From Treponemataceae bacterium (GTDB lineage Bacteria; Spirochaetota; Spirochaetia; Treponematales; Rectinemataceae), in assembly GCA_963677895.2 (NCBI GenBank), contig CAXXGJ010000018.1:160001-224000 (forward strand): DNA of 64,000 nucleotides, read 5' to 3'. Under the pieces are notes generated by a model that saw only the letters and a list, made by a program, of their open reading frames with translations, did no database searches and was not told the origin of the DNA. The translations under genes were made by a program, and so were the position numbers. Below, in pieces: positions 29,385 through 39,096 of this stretch (positions within the stretch are counted from its first letter, which is position 1; every line of letters begins with the position of its first letter).

Positions 29385-30410
29385 ATGAAAATAGTGAAAC
29401 AGCTCATATTGGATCTTACCGCAGCTTATTCCACTGTAGAACTAAAATTAAGGGGTAAGAGATATCTTGCTGTAGCAAGTGAAAATATTGGGTACCATGC
29501 TTACATAATAGACCCAGATACCCTGAACTATTCACTGCTATGGGAAGGAGAAAGTGGAGTTATGAATATTGTCCAGGTTCCTGGACAAGAAAGACTTCTT
29601 TGTATCACTAAATTTTTTCCTATCTTCCAGTCAAAGGAAACCACGATCTGTGTTTTGGAGCCGACTGATCAAGGAATTCTGTCCCCTTGGAAGATCACGG
29701 AAGTACTCAAGCTTCCTTATTGCCATAGAATAGGTATTATCCAGTCCCAAGGGGAATTCTTTATTGTAGGGTGCACTTTGTGCCAAGATAAAGATTCACA
29801 GGATGACTGGACAAAACCCGGAGCTGTATGGGCTTCTCCCATTCCAAATAAGGTGACGGGGATATGGAAATTTTCGAAGGTTTTCGAAGGACTTACGAAG
29901 AACCATGGACTGTATATCGAGAATCTCGATCAAGTATATGTCACTTCAGAGAATGGAGTGATGCATTTCGATTTTTCGACTTACAATCAAGGAGATACCA
30001 TTTTCCCCGTTTTGCTGACAACGAAGCCGACAAGTGATATTTCACTCATGAGAGATGGCCCGCATCAAATAATGGGTACGATTGAACCTTTTCATGGGGA
30101 TCTCTTGAAATTATATAAGGTTACGGGGCATGCAATTGAAGAAATAAGATCCTATTCAATTCACTTCGGTCATGTGGTATGGGTAGGAAAAGTATTTGGT
30201 AGGAATGCTGTGATTGTAGCCAGTAGAGGGGCTGAGAAAGAGCTGCTATTAATATATTGGGAATCCGACGAGACTATTGTTATTGATGAAGGCGCTGGAG
30301 CAACTCAATTATGTGTCTATCAAGAAAATGATACAACGAAAATATTTTCTGCAAACCACGGTGCAGGTGCAGTTGTGCTATACACGCTAAGCAAAGATCA
30401 AGACATTTAG
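29385..30410 (+). CDS. Hypothetical cytoplasmic beta-rich protein (possible beta-propeller)
   Basis: 341-aa ORF with AAGGAG RBS, last gene of the operon; strand-like pattern with several His-containing motifs. Confidence 0.75.
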   Translation: MKIVKQLILDLTAAYSTVELKLRGKRYLAVASENIGYHAYIIDPDTLNYSLLWEGESGVMNIVQVPGQERLLCITKFFPIFQSKETTICVLEPTDQGILSPWKITEVLKLPYCHRIGIIQSQGEFFIVGCTLCQDKDSQDDWTKPGAVWASPIPNKVTGIWKFSKVFEGLTKNHGLYIENLDQVYVTSENGVMHFDFSTYNQGDTIFPVLLTTKPTSDISLMRDGPHQIMGTIEPFHGDLLKLYKVTGHAIEEIRSYSIHFGHVVWVGKVFGRNAVIVASRGAEKELLLIYWESDETIVIDEGAGATQLCVYQENDTTKIFSANHGAGAVVLYTLSKDQDI

Positions 30411-30441
30411 TAAATGATATCCGTCTTATAAAGTATCCCTA

Positions 30442-30588
30442 TTATAGGTGTCGGCCTCTGATGAAACGGAGCAGTACGAGCACGATCGCGATGACTAACA
30501 GGATGTGGATGAAGCCGCCCATCGTGTATGAGGTGACCAATCCTAAGGCCCAGAGCACGACTAATATGATCGCGATAAGTTCCAGCAT
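30442..30588 (-). CDS. Small two-TM membrane protein, lmo0937-family-like (48 aa)
   Basis: AGGAG RBS then MLELIAIILVVLWALGLVTSYTMGGFIHILLVIAIVLVLLRFIRGRHL*; GGFIHILLVIAI signature. Below the ORF-track cutoff. Confidence 0.88.
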   Translation of the reverse strand: MLELIAIILVVLWALGLVTSYTMGGFIHILLVIAIVLVLLRFIRGRHL

Positions 30589-30760
30589 CTTTTGTCTCCT
30601 TGTATCCAGGGAATTTCTTCCCGGGGAAGATCGATGCCGTTAAGGCGCGATATCCTTCCCTGGTTTCAACAATACGCCCGCCCGTCGGCCTGGTCTGTGC
30701 GTAAGCGCACATAAGCGTAATCATTTCTTTTAGTTTGTAGGGTTTATCCGATTGATTGCC

Positions 30761-30800
30761 GAAAAATAAAAAAGGCTGCCTTATGTAAAGGCAGCCTTTC
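30761..30800 (-). terminator. Intrinsic terminator downstream of tRNA-Ala
   Basis: AAAGGCTGCCT...AGGCAGCCTTT hairpin followed on the minus strand by a long T tract. Confidence 0.85.
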
Positions 30801-30806
30801 CGTTCG

Positions 30807-30879
<73 letters not shown>

Positions 30880-31228
30880 GAACAGCACGGGGATAATAAC
30901 GTGAAGGCCGAGAAAATGTCAAGCGCGTAGACGTCGTCGAACGTTGTCTTTATTGCCGCGGAGTTCCGCCCGCGGGTGAGGGAAGATTTGAAGGGAAGGC
31001 CGATGCGCTGAAAAACCCCTCGGATTTTTTTCTGTCCTCAATCTGTATAAAAACCGGTTTACGAAACAGTTTACAGAAATTTTTCTATAAAAGATGCGTT
31101 TTTTTATGGAAAAATGACATATTTTTACATTTTCCGGGCTGGACAAATCCATTTCGCTGGTGTAGGGTGGCCGACAACCCCAAGGAACCGGAATACGGGA
31201 CGAGGGGAATTCGAGCACTGGGGAGACC

Positions 31229-31726
31229 ATGGAACGTTATATCCTTTCGGCCCTTGTCCAGAATCACGCGGGTGTATTAAGCCGCGTGTCTGGCTTGTTC
31301 AGCCGCAGAGGATACAACATCGACAGCCTTACCGTGGGCGAGACCGTCGATCCGGGCGTGTCGAGGATGACCATCGTGGTACGCGGTGACGAAGCCATCC
31401 TTGAACAGATCCAGAAGCAGCTCGAAAAGCTCATCGAAGTGGCCGCGGTCAAGCGGCTCGACCCTAACCTCGCCGTCCTGCGCGAAATCGCCCTCATCAA
31501 GGTGGCGGCCTCTCCCGAATCCCGCCCCGATATCATACAAATCGCCAACATCTTCCGCGCGCGCATCGTCGATGTGGCAGCCGACAGTCTGATCGTCGAG
31601 GCAACCGGCGCCCAGAGCAAAGTCGACGGCCTCATTGAGCTCCTGAAGCCCTTCGGCATCCTGGAGCTGGCCCGCACCGGACTCTCCGCCCTAGAACGCG
31701 GTTCCCTAATCCTCTCCCTTATTTAG
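31229..31726 (+). CDS. ilvN: Acetolactate synthase small (regulatory) subunit
   Basis: [26 protein letters not shown] domain; ELARTG. Confidence 0.95.
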   Translation: MERYILSALVQNHAGVLSRVSGLFSRRGYNIDSLTVGETVDPGVSRMTIVVRGDEAILEQIQKQLEKLIEVAAVKRLDPNLAVLREIALIKVAASPESRPDIIQIANIFRARIVDVAADSLIVEATGAQSKVDGLIELLKPFGILELARTGLSALERGSLILSLI

Positions 31727-31758
31727 CCGCCTTCGTACCCCAACTGTACGAAGGCGGC
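31726..31758. repeat. Perfect 13-bp inverted repeat between ilvN and ilvC
   Basis: GCCGCCTTCGTAC-cccaact-GTACGAAGGCGGC, with no U tract. Confidence 0.8.
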
Positions 31759-31815
31759 ATCCACTCATCGAATAGCCGACGGTCCATGAAGGATTGTCGG
31801 TGGAGGTATAATTAT

Positions 31816-32817
31816 ATGGCAACGATGTATTACGAGAAAGATTGCGACTCCAAGACTTTGGAAGGAAAGACAATCGCCATTATCGGCTACGGCAGCCAGG
31901 GACACGCCCACGCGCAGAATCTCAGGGATTCCGGCCACAAGGTGATTGTAGGTCTCTACGAAGGCTCCAAAAGCTGGGCTGTGGCGGAGGCTGACGGTTT
32001 CAAGGTCATGACGGCTGCGGCAGCCGCGGCGGCGGCGGATTTCGTCATGATCCTGATCAACGACGAAAAGCAGGCTAAGCTTTACGCGGAGAGCATCGCC
32101 CCCGCGCTGAAAGCAGGCAAGACACTGGCCTTCGCCCACGGCTTTAACATCCACTTCAAGCAAATCCTTCCTCCCAAGGACGTCAATGTGGTCATGATCG
32201 CGCCCAAGGGGCCGGGCCATACGGTGCGGAGCCAGTTCCTCGAGGGCAAGGGCGTGCCCAATCTCGTGGCGGTGCACAACGACGCCACCGGCGACGCCAA
32301 GAAACAGGCGCTGGCATACGCCGCGGGCATCGGCGGGGCCCGCGCGGGAATCCTGGAGACAACCTTCCAGGAGGAGACGGAAACCGACCTCTTTGGAGAA
32401 CAATGCGTGCTCTGCGGCGGCGTTTCCGCCCTCATGAAGGCGGGATTCGAAACCCTCGTCGAGGCCGGATACCAGCCCGAGAGCGCTTACTTCGAATGCG
32501 TGCACGAGATGAAGCTGATCATCGACCTCGTCGTGCAGAAGGGGCTCTCCTTCATGCGCTATTCGATCTCCGACACCGCCGAGTACGGCGATTACACCGT
32601 CGGGCCGCGCATCATAACGGATGAAACCAAGAAGGAAATGAAGAAAGTGCTCACCGAGATCCAGAACGGCACCTTCGCCCGCAACTGGATACTGGAAAAC
32701 CAGGCGAATCGTCCCTACTTCAACCGCATGCGAGCGATCGAAGGGGAGCATCAGGTCAACCAAGTCGGCGCCGAGCTGCGCGAGATGATGAGTTGGCAAA
32801 AACCATCCCAGCGCTGA
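31816..32817 (+). CDS. ilvC: Ketol-acid reductoisomerase
   Basis: [27 protein letters not shown] and SDTAEYG motifs; GGAGG RBS. Confidence 0.97.
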   Translation: MATMYYEKDCDSKTLEGKTIAIIGYGSQGHAHAQNLRDSGHKVIVGLYEGSKSWAVAEADGFKVMTAAAAAAAADFVMILINDEKQAKLYAESIAPALKAGKTLAFAHGFNIHFKQILPPKDVNVVMIAPKGPGHTVRSQFLEGKGVPNLVAVHNDATGDAKKQALAYAAGIGGARAGILETTFQEETETDLFGEQCVLCGGVSALMKAGFETLVEAGYQPESAYFECVHEMKLIIDLVVQKGLSFMRYSISDTAEYGDYTVGPRIITDETKKEMKKVLTEIQNGTFARNWILENQANRPYFNRMRAIEGEHQVNQVGAELREMMSWQKPSQR

Positions 32818-32837
32818 GCCGGGGATAAGGAGTCGGT

Positions 32838-34379
32838 ATGTCGCGGCAGATCAAGATTTTCGACACAACGCTGAGAGATGGCGAGCAGGCGCCCGGATGC
32901 AGCATGAACCTCATGGAAAAAGTCGATGTCGCGCGCCAGCTGGCGCGCCTGGGCGTCGATGTCATCGAAGCGGGCTTCGCGATCGCGAGCCCGGGCGATT
33001 TCGCCTCGGTGAGGGAGATAGCCCGCACCATCAAGGGCCCGGTGATCGCGAGCCTCGCAAGGGCCACAGAAAAGGACATCGACACCGCCTGGGAAGCGCT
33101 GAAGGAGGCCGAAAAGCCGAGGATACACACCTTCATCGCGACATCCCCGGTGCACATGGAATACAAGCTCAAGATGAAGCCGGAGGAAGTGCTGGCCCAG
33201 GCCGAGGCCATGGTGCGCCGCGCGCTCCGGCTCTGCCCCGATGTCGAATTCTCCGCCGAGGACGCCTCCCGCACCGATCCGGAATTCCTGTACAGGGTCA
33301 TCGAGGCTGTCATCGCCGCCGGGGCGACCACCGTCAACATCCCGGACACCGTAGGCTACTCGGCTCCCGAGGAATTCGCGGCGCTGATCCGCGGCGTAAG
33401 AGACAACGTCCCCAACATCGACAAGGCGATAATCTCAGTCCACTGCCACAACGACCTCGGCCTCGCCGTGGCCAACTCCCTCGCGGCGCTTGCGGCGGGC
33501 GCCGGGCAGATAGAATGCACCATTAACGGACTCGGGGAAAGGGCGGGCAACGCGGCGCTCGAGGAGATAGTGATGGGACTCAGGACCCGCCCCGACCTCT
33601 TCGGCGTCACCTGCGGCATAGACACGACGCAGATCTACAACACGAGCAGGCTCGTCTCGGCGGTCACCGGCGTCCAGGTCCAGCCCAACAAAGCCATCGT
33701 CGGCGACAACGCCTTCGCCCATGAGGCCGGGATACACCAGCACGGCATGCTCGCCAATCGGGCTACCTACGAGATCATGACGCCCGAGTCGATAGGTCTT
33801 TCCAAGAACTCCATGGTCCTTGGCAAGCATTCGGGCAAGCACGCATTCGAAGACAGGGTCAAAGAATTAGGCTTCGACGTGGAACCGGGACTCATCGCTG
33901 GCATCTTCGAGGAATTCAAGGCGCTGGCCGACCGGAAGAAGACGGTGAACGACAGGGACATCGAAGCCCTGGTCAGGGGAAAGACGATCCAGATTCCCGA
34001 AGCGTACAGGCTGAATCGTTTTGTCATCAACTCGGGTTCCAGCATCACGGCGACGAGCACCATCCGGCTCGCGCTCGCGAACGACGGTTTCGTCGAGCAA
34101 GTAGCCGTGGGCGACGGTCCCATAGACGCCTCCTTCAAGGCTATCGACAAGATCGTGGGCAAGGCCTTTTCCCTCGAGTCCTTCTCCCTCGACGCGGTCA
34201 CGGGCGGCAAGGACGCCCAGGGCGAGGCGAGGGTGAGGATTCTCCACAAGGGCAAGGGCTACAACGGCCGGGGTCTTTCCACCGACATCATCGAGGCGAG
34301 CATAAAAGCCTATGTGACGGCGGTCAACGCCATGGTCCACGAAACGGAGGTGGCCAATGGCCCGCGTAACGATACTTGA
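32838..34379 (+). CDS. leuA: 2-isopropylmalate synthase
   Basis: DTTLRDGEQ, HCHNDLG, GERAGN and HEAGIHQHG motifs, plus regulatory domain. Confidence 0.95.
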   Translation: MSRQIKIFDTTLRDGEQAPGCSMNLMEKVDVARQLARLGVDVIEAGFAIASPGDFASVREIARTIKGPVIASLARATEKDIDTAWEALKEAEKPRIHTFIATSPVHMEYKLKMKPEEVLAQAEAMVRRALRLCPDVEFSAEDASRTDPEFLYRVIEAVIAAGATTVNIPDTVGYSAPEEFAALIRGVRDNVPNIDKAIISVHCHNDLGLAVANSLAALAAGAGQIECTINGLGERAGNAALEEIVMGLRTRPDLFGVTCGIDTTQIYNTSRLVSAVTGVQVQPNKAIVGDNAFAHEAGIHQHGMLANRATYEIMTPESIGLSKNSMVLGKHSGKHAFEDRVKELGFDVEPGLIAGIFEEFKALADRKKTVNDRDIEALVRGKTIQIPEAYRLNRFVINSGSSITATSTIRLALANDGFVEQVAVGDGPIDASFKAIDKIVGKAFSLESFSLDAVTGGKDAQGEARVRILHKGKGYNGRGLSTDIIEASIKAYVTAVNAMVHETEVANGPRNDT

Positions 34380-35979
34380 TTCGACCCTCCGCGACGGCGC
34401 CCAGGGGGAGGGCATCAGCTTTTCGGTCCAGGATAAACTCAACATCGTGCGGCTCCTGGACTCGCTGGGCGTTGATTACGTGGAGGCGGGCAATCCGGGT
34501 TCCAACCCCAAGGACATGGAATTTTTCAGGGAAGCGGCTCATCTTTCCCTCGGGAGGGCAAAACTCGTGGCTTTCGGGCCGACCCGCCGCGTGGGCATAG
34601 AAGCTTCCCGGGACGAAGGCCTGAAGAGTCTTCTCGGCGTGGGAACGAAAACCGTGGTCATCTTCGGCAAGAGCTGGGATTTCCATGTGAACCATGTGCT
34701 GAAGGCGAGCCTGGACGAGAACCTCGCCATGATAACGGAATCCTGCGCCTATGCCGCGGCGGCCGGGCGCAGCGTGATCTACGACGCCGAGCATTTTTTC
34801 GATGGGTACGCGGCGAACCCGGAATACGCGATGCGCACGCTCGCCGCGGCGATAGCGGGGGGAGCGAGCTGTGTCGCGCTCTGTGATACCAACGGCGGCA
34901 GCCTGCCCGGGTGGGTAGGCGAGCTTACGGCGGTGGTCGCGCGCAAGTTCGGCCCTGACGTGGACGTAGGAGTCCACGCGCACAACGATTCAGGCCTGGC
35001 TGTCGCGAATTCCCTGGCCGCGGTGAACGCGGGAGCCAGCCATGTGCAGGGTTGCCTCGCGGGTTTCGGCGAGCGCTGCGGAAACGCGAACCTGTCGACG
35101 ATCATCGCCGATCTCAGGCTCAAGATGGGCGTCGACTGCCTTCAGCCCGACTCCCTTTCCCTCCTCTCCCTGACGGCGCGCAGCGTGGCCGAGATCGCCA
35201 ATATAGTCTTCGACGAAAGCACGCCCTTCGTGGGGCGCCACGCCTTCGCCCATAAGGCGGGGATGCATGTCGACGCCGTCGCGAAGAACCCGCGCTCCTT
35301 CGAACATGTCGATCCTCCGCTCGTGGGCAACGAGCGCCGGATCCTGGTTTCCGAAGTGGGAGGCCGCTCCGTCATCCTCGACCGGGTGAGGCGCGTCTAT
35401 CCCGAAGCCACCAAGGATTCCCCCCTCGTCGCCCAGGTGCTTTCGAAGCTCAAGGAAATGGAACGCTTCGGCTACCAGTTCGAAGGCGCCGACGCGAGCC
35501 TCGATCTGCTGCTCATGAAGGTCACGGGCACGTACAAGCCTTTCTTCAGGCTGAGCAAATACAGAACCATAGGCGAGCAGCCTTCGGGGGACGCGGCTCG
35601 CTGCGCCCAAGCCACGGTGAAGATCGAGGTGGAGGGTGTGGAGGAGGTGAGCGTGGCGGAGGGGGACGGCCCGGTGCATGCCCTGGACTTGGCGCTGCGC
35701 AAGGCTCTGGAGCGCTTCTATCCGAGCCTCTCGGCCATGCGCCTCACCGACTACAAGGTGCGCGTCCTGGACAGCGCGAGCGCCGCGGCGGCCACCGTGC
35801 GCGTCTTCATCGAAAGTTCCGATACCGTGGATTCCTGGACGACCGTAGGCGTCTCGACGGACATCATCGAGGCGAGCTGGATCGCCCTCGTCGATTCGAT
35901 CGAATTCAAGCTCATCAAGGATATGGAAAAAAGCCGCGAGGCATCCGATGGAAAGGAGAAAAACAATCATGTTGCATAA
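34357..35979 (+). CDS. cimA: Citramalate synthase
   Basis: [39 protein letters not shown] and DYKVRVL motifs. Confidence 0.9.
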   Translation: MARVTILDSTLRDGAQGEGISFSVQDKLNIVRLLDSLGVDYVEAGNPGSNPKDMEFFREAAHLSLGRAKLVAFGPTRRVGIEASRDEGLKSLLGVGTKTVVIFGKSWDFHVNHVLKASLDENLAMITESCAYAAAAGRSVIYDAEHFFDGYAANPEYAMRTLAAAIAGGASCVALCDTNGGSLPGWVGELTAVVARKFGPDVDVGVHAHNDSGLAVANSLAAVNAGASHVQGCLAGFGERCGNANLSTIIADLRLKMGVDCLQPDSLSLLSLTARSVAEIANIVFDESTPFVGRHAFAHKAGMHVDAVAKNPRSFEHVDPPLVGNERRILVSEVGGRSVILDRVRRVYPEATKDSPLVAQVLSKLKEMERFGYQFEGADASLDLLLMKVTGTYKPFFRLSKYRTIGEQPSGDAARCAQATVKIEVEGVEEVSVAEGDGPVHALDLALRKALERFYPSLSAMRLTDYKVRVLDSASAAAATVRVFIESSDTVDSWTTVGVSTDIIEASWIALVDSIEFKLIKDMEKSREASDGKEKNNHVA

Positions 35980-37054
35980 AATAGCGGTGATTCCCGGGGA
36001 CGGAATCGGCCCCGATGTCGTGAAAGAAGCGTTGGGCGCTCTTGTTGCGGTGGGCGATCGACGCGGACAGAAATTTGAGTTCGCGCAACTTCTTATGGGC
36101 GGCGCCGCCTTCGACGCTACCGGGGAACCTCTTCCGCCTGAAACCCTCCTGGCCTGCAAGCGAAGCGACGCGGTTCTCCTCGGCGCGGTGGGCGGCCCGA
36201 AGTGGGACAAGCTGCCCGGCGGAAAGCGCCCCGAAGCGGCCCTGCTCGGCCTGAGGGCGGGCCTCGGCGTCTATGCCAACCTGAGACCGGCATTGATGTT
36301 TCCCCAGCTCGCCTCCGCCTGCCCCTTAAGGCCCGACATCGCCGGAGAAGGGCTGGATATCCTCATCGTGAGGGAACTCACCGGGGGCATCTACTTCGGG
36401 GATCGCGGAAGGAGCCCCGACGGCGAGTCGGCATGGGACACCGAGCGCTACTCGCGCGCGGAGATAGAGCGTCTCGTCCACGTGGCCTTCGACGCGGCCA
36501 AAGGCCGGCGCAAAAAACTATGCGTGGTGGACAAGGCCAACATACTCGAATCGAGCCGCCTCTGGAGGGAAACCGTCATGGCTATGGCCCCCCATTGGCC
36601 CGAAGTGGAGCTGAGTTTCATGTATGTGGACAACTGCGCCATGCAGCTCGTCAGGAATCCGCGCCAGTTCGATGTCATCGCCACGAGCAACATGTTCGGC
36701 GACATCCTCTCGGACGAAGCGAGCATGCTCACCGGTTCCATAGGGATGCTGGCCAGCGCGAGCCTCGGCTACGCGGGGCCGGGGCTCTACGAACCCATCC
36801 ATGGCTCGGCGCCGGATATCGCCGGGATGGACAAGGCCAATCCCCTGGCCACGATACTCTCGGCGGCCCTGCTTCTCCGCCACTCGCTCAGCCTCGAGAC
36901 CGAGGCGAAAATGATCGAGTCGGCCGTCTCCTCCGTCCTGGACGCGGGGTACCGCTGCGCCGACATCGCCGCGGGCCTCCCCGGGGAAAGGATTGTGGGA
37001 ACGAGAGAGATGGGAGCGGCGGTCTGCGCGGCCATACGCGGAATGGCGACGTAA
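35969..37054 (+). CDS. leuB: 3-isopropylmalate dehydrogenase
   Basis: [28 protein letters not shown] and [12 protein letters not shown] motifs. Confidence 0.96.
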   Translation: MLHKIAVIPGDGIGPDVVKEALGALVAVGDRRGQKFEFAQLLMGGAAFDATGEPLPPETLLACKRSDAVLLGAVGGPKWDKLPGGKRPEAALLGLRAGLGVYANLRPALMFPQLASACPLRPDIAGEGLDILIVRELTGGIYFGDRGRSPDGESAWDTERYSRAEIERLVHVAFDAAKGRRKKLCVVDKANILESSRLWRETVMAMAPHWPEVELSFMYVDNCAMQLVRNPRQFDVIATSNMFGDILSDEASMLTGSIGMLASASLGYAGPGLYEPIHGSAPDIAGMDKANPLATILSAALLLRHSLSLETEAKMIESAVSSVLDAGYRCADIAAGLPGERIVGTREMGAAVCAAIRGMAT

Positions 37055-37076
37055 AACAGGAAAGATGGAGCATATC

Positions 37077-38789
37077 ATGCAGATGACCGGTTCAAGAATC
37101 ATCATAGAATGCCTCGTCGAGCAGGGCGTGGACGTGGTCTTCGGCTATCCCGGCGGCACCGTCCTCAATATCTACGACGAGCTGTACAGAAACGCCGACA
37201 GAATCAGGCACATCCTGACATCCCACGAGCAGGGGGCTTCCCACGCGGCGGACGGCTACGCGCGTTCGACCGGCAGACCCGGCGTGGTGATCGCCACGAG
37301 CGGGCCTGGGGCCACCAATCTCGTGACCGGCATAGCCGCGGCCTACATGGACTCCGTTCCCCTCGTCGCGATCACGGGCAACGTACCCCTATCGCTTTTG
37401 GGCAAGGACAGTTTTCAGGAAGTGGACATCGCCGGCGTCACCATGCCCATCACCAAACACAACTTCATCGTGAAGGACGTGCGCGAACTGGCGGATACGA
37501 TGAGACTGGCCTTCGAGATAGCGACGACGGGAAGGCCGGGACCGGTCCTGGTGGACGTCACCAAGGACGTGACCGCGGCGCGGACCGAGTGGGTCTCCGC
37601 CGACGAAAGCGCCGTGCTTCGGGCTAGCGCGGCATCGACCCATCGCTTTACGGCCAAGGCCATCAAGTCCGTTACGGCCAAGGAACTCGACGACGCCGCC
37701 GCCCTCATAGCGGCGGCCGAAAAACCTTTCATCTACGCGGGCGGCGGCGTCATCATAGCCGATGCGGCCAGCCAGCTCCGCGAATTCGCCGAGCGCCTCC
37801 ATGCCCCCTGCGCGCTCAGCCTCATGGGCCACGGCGCCATGCCCGCCGACCATCCGCTTTTCACGGGCATGATCGGGATGCACGGGACGAAAGCCTCCAA
37901 TATGGCCGCCGGCGCGGCCGACCTCCTCATCGCGGTGGGCGCCCGTTTCTCCGATCGCGTGGTGAGCAATCTGTCGGTCTTCGCTAAGAAGGCGAAGATC
38001 CTCCATATCGACATCGACCCTGCCGAGATCAACAAGAACGTCAGGAGCTACACCTCCCTCGTGGGCGACGTCAAGGAAATCCTGACCGGACTCAATGCCC
38101 GCATCGCGCCGAAAAAGATTTCGGCCTGGAACGGGGACATAGCGGCGTGGAAAGAGGAGCGTCCCTCCTCGCACGAGACGAAAAAAGCGCTCCACCCCCG
38201 CTTCATCCTCGAGACCATCCACTCGAAGGTGGGCGACGACGCCTTCGTCACCACCGAAGTCGGCCAGCACCAGATGTGGACCGCCCAGTTCTATCCCTTC
38301 TCGAAACCGCGTACCTTCATTACCTCGGGAGGCCTCGGCGCCATGGGCTTCGGCACGGGGGCGGCTATGGGCGTCCAGGTAGCCCACCCGGAGGCGCAGG
38401 TGGTCCATATCGCCGGAGACGGTTCCTTCCGCATGAACTGCGCCGAACTGGCGACCATCGTCAACTACAACCTGCCGATACTCATCGTCGTGTTCAACAA
38501 CGGGACGCTGGGCATGGTGAGGCAATGGCAGACCATGTTCTACGAAAAACGCTACTGTCAGACGACACTCGACAGGCCGCCCGACTTCGTGAAGCTGGCC
38601 GACGCCTACGGCTTGCCCGGCTACAGAGCCCGCGAACCCGAAGAGTTCCGCGCCTGCCTGGAAGCCGCCCTTTCCCGCAGAGGTCCCGCGCTCATCGAAT
38701 GCATCCTGGACATCGACGAGAAAGTGCTGCCGATGGTCCCTGCCGGCAAACCCATAGACGAGCTTATACTCGAGCCAAGAGAGAGTTGA
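37077..38789 (+). CDS. ilvB: Acetolactate synthase large subunit (biosynthetic)
   Basis: FGYPGG, HEQGA, TSGPGATN, FQEVD, GQHQMW, GDGSF...NN, GMVRQWQ. Alternative start at 37065. Confidence 0.95.
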   Translation: MQMTGSRIIIECLVEQGVDVVFGYPGGTVLNIYDELYRNADRIRHILTSHEQGASHAADGYARSTGRPGVVIATSGPGATNLVTGIAAAYMDSVPLVAITGNVPLSLLGKDSFQEVDIAGVTMPITKHNFIVKDVRELADTMRLAFEIATTGRPGPVLVDVTKDVTAARTEWVSADESAVLRASAASTHRFTAKAIKSVTAKELDDAAALIAAAEKPFIYAGGGVIIADAASQLREFAERLHAPCALSLMGHGAMPADHPLFTGMIGMHGTKASNMAAGAADLLIAVGARFSDRVVSNLSVFAKKAKILHIDIDPAEINKNVRSYTSLVGDVKEILTGLNARIAPKKISAWNGDIAAWKEERPSSHETKKALHPRFILETIHSKVGDDAFVTTEVGQHQMWTAQFYPFSKPRTFITSGGLGAMGFGTGAAMGVQVAHPEAQVVHIAGDGSFRMNCAELATIVNYNLPILIVVFNNGTLGMVRQWQTMFYEKRYCQTTLDRPPDFVKLADAYGLPGYRAREPEEFRACLEAALSRRGPALIECILDIDEKVLPMVPAGKPIDELILEPRES

Positions 38790-39096
38790 GGAGCATATAC
38801 AGGATCGTGCCTCCCAGAATGCTGAGGAGGGCGTTGCGTTTCCAGAGATGGAGAGCGACGACGGCCGCGCCAGCGACGGCCGAGGCGGCTCCGACGGCGG
38901 GGGCCGCCCAGTCGATCGACGTGTAGGAAGACACTGCCAGGACGGTCATGGCGATCGCGGGCATATAGGCTTCGACGAAGGATAGGAAGGCGGGAGGTTT
39001 TCTGCCCGCGAAGAAGAGGAAGGGCAGTGCGCGGCAGAACACGATGATCAGCATCATCGCCGCGGCAGCGACGAGGGCTTCAGCGACGCTCAGCAT
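38764..39096 (-). CDS. azlD: Branched-chain amino acid exporter small subunit AzlD
   Basis: RALPFLFF, LHLWKRN and SILGGTILYM motifs; downstream of azlC. Confidence 0.88.
   Translation of the reverse strand: MLSVAEALVAAAAMMLIIVFCRALPFLFFAGRKPPAFLSFVEAYMPAIAMTVLAVSSYTSIDWAAPAVGAASAVAGAAVVALHLWKRNALLSILGGTILYMLLNSLLARV

Larger units (their letters stand above)
22100..30420. other. AT-rich horizontally acquired sugar/sugar-acid utilisation island (boundaries approximate)
   Basis: Abrupt drop in GC and change in codon style relative to both flanks (visual estimate). No integrase or att duplication seen. Confidence 0.8.
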
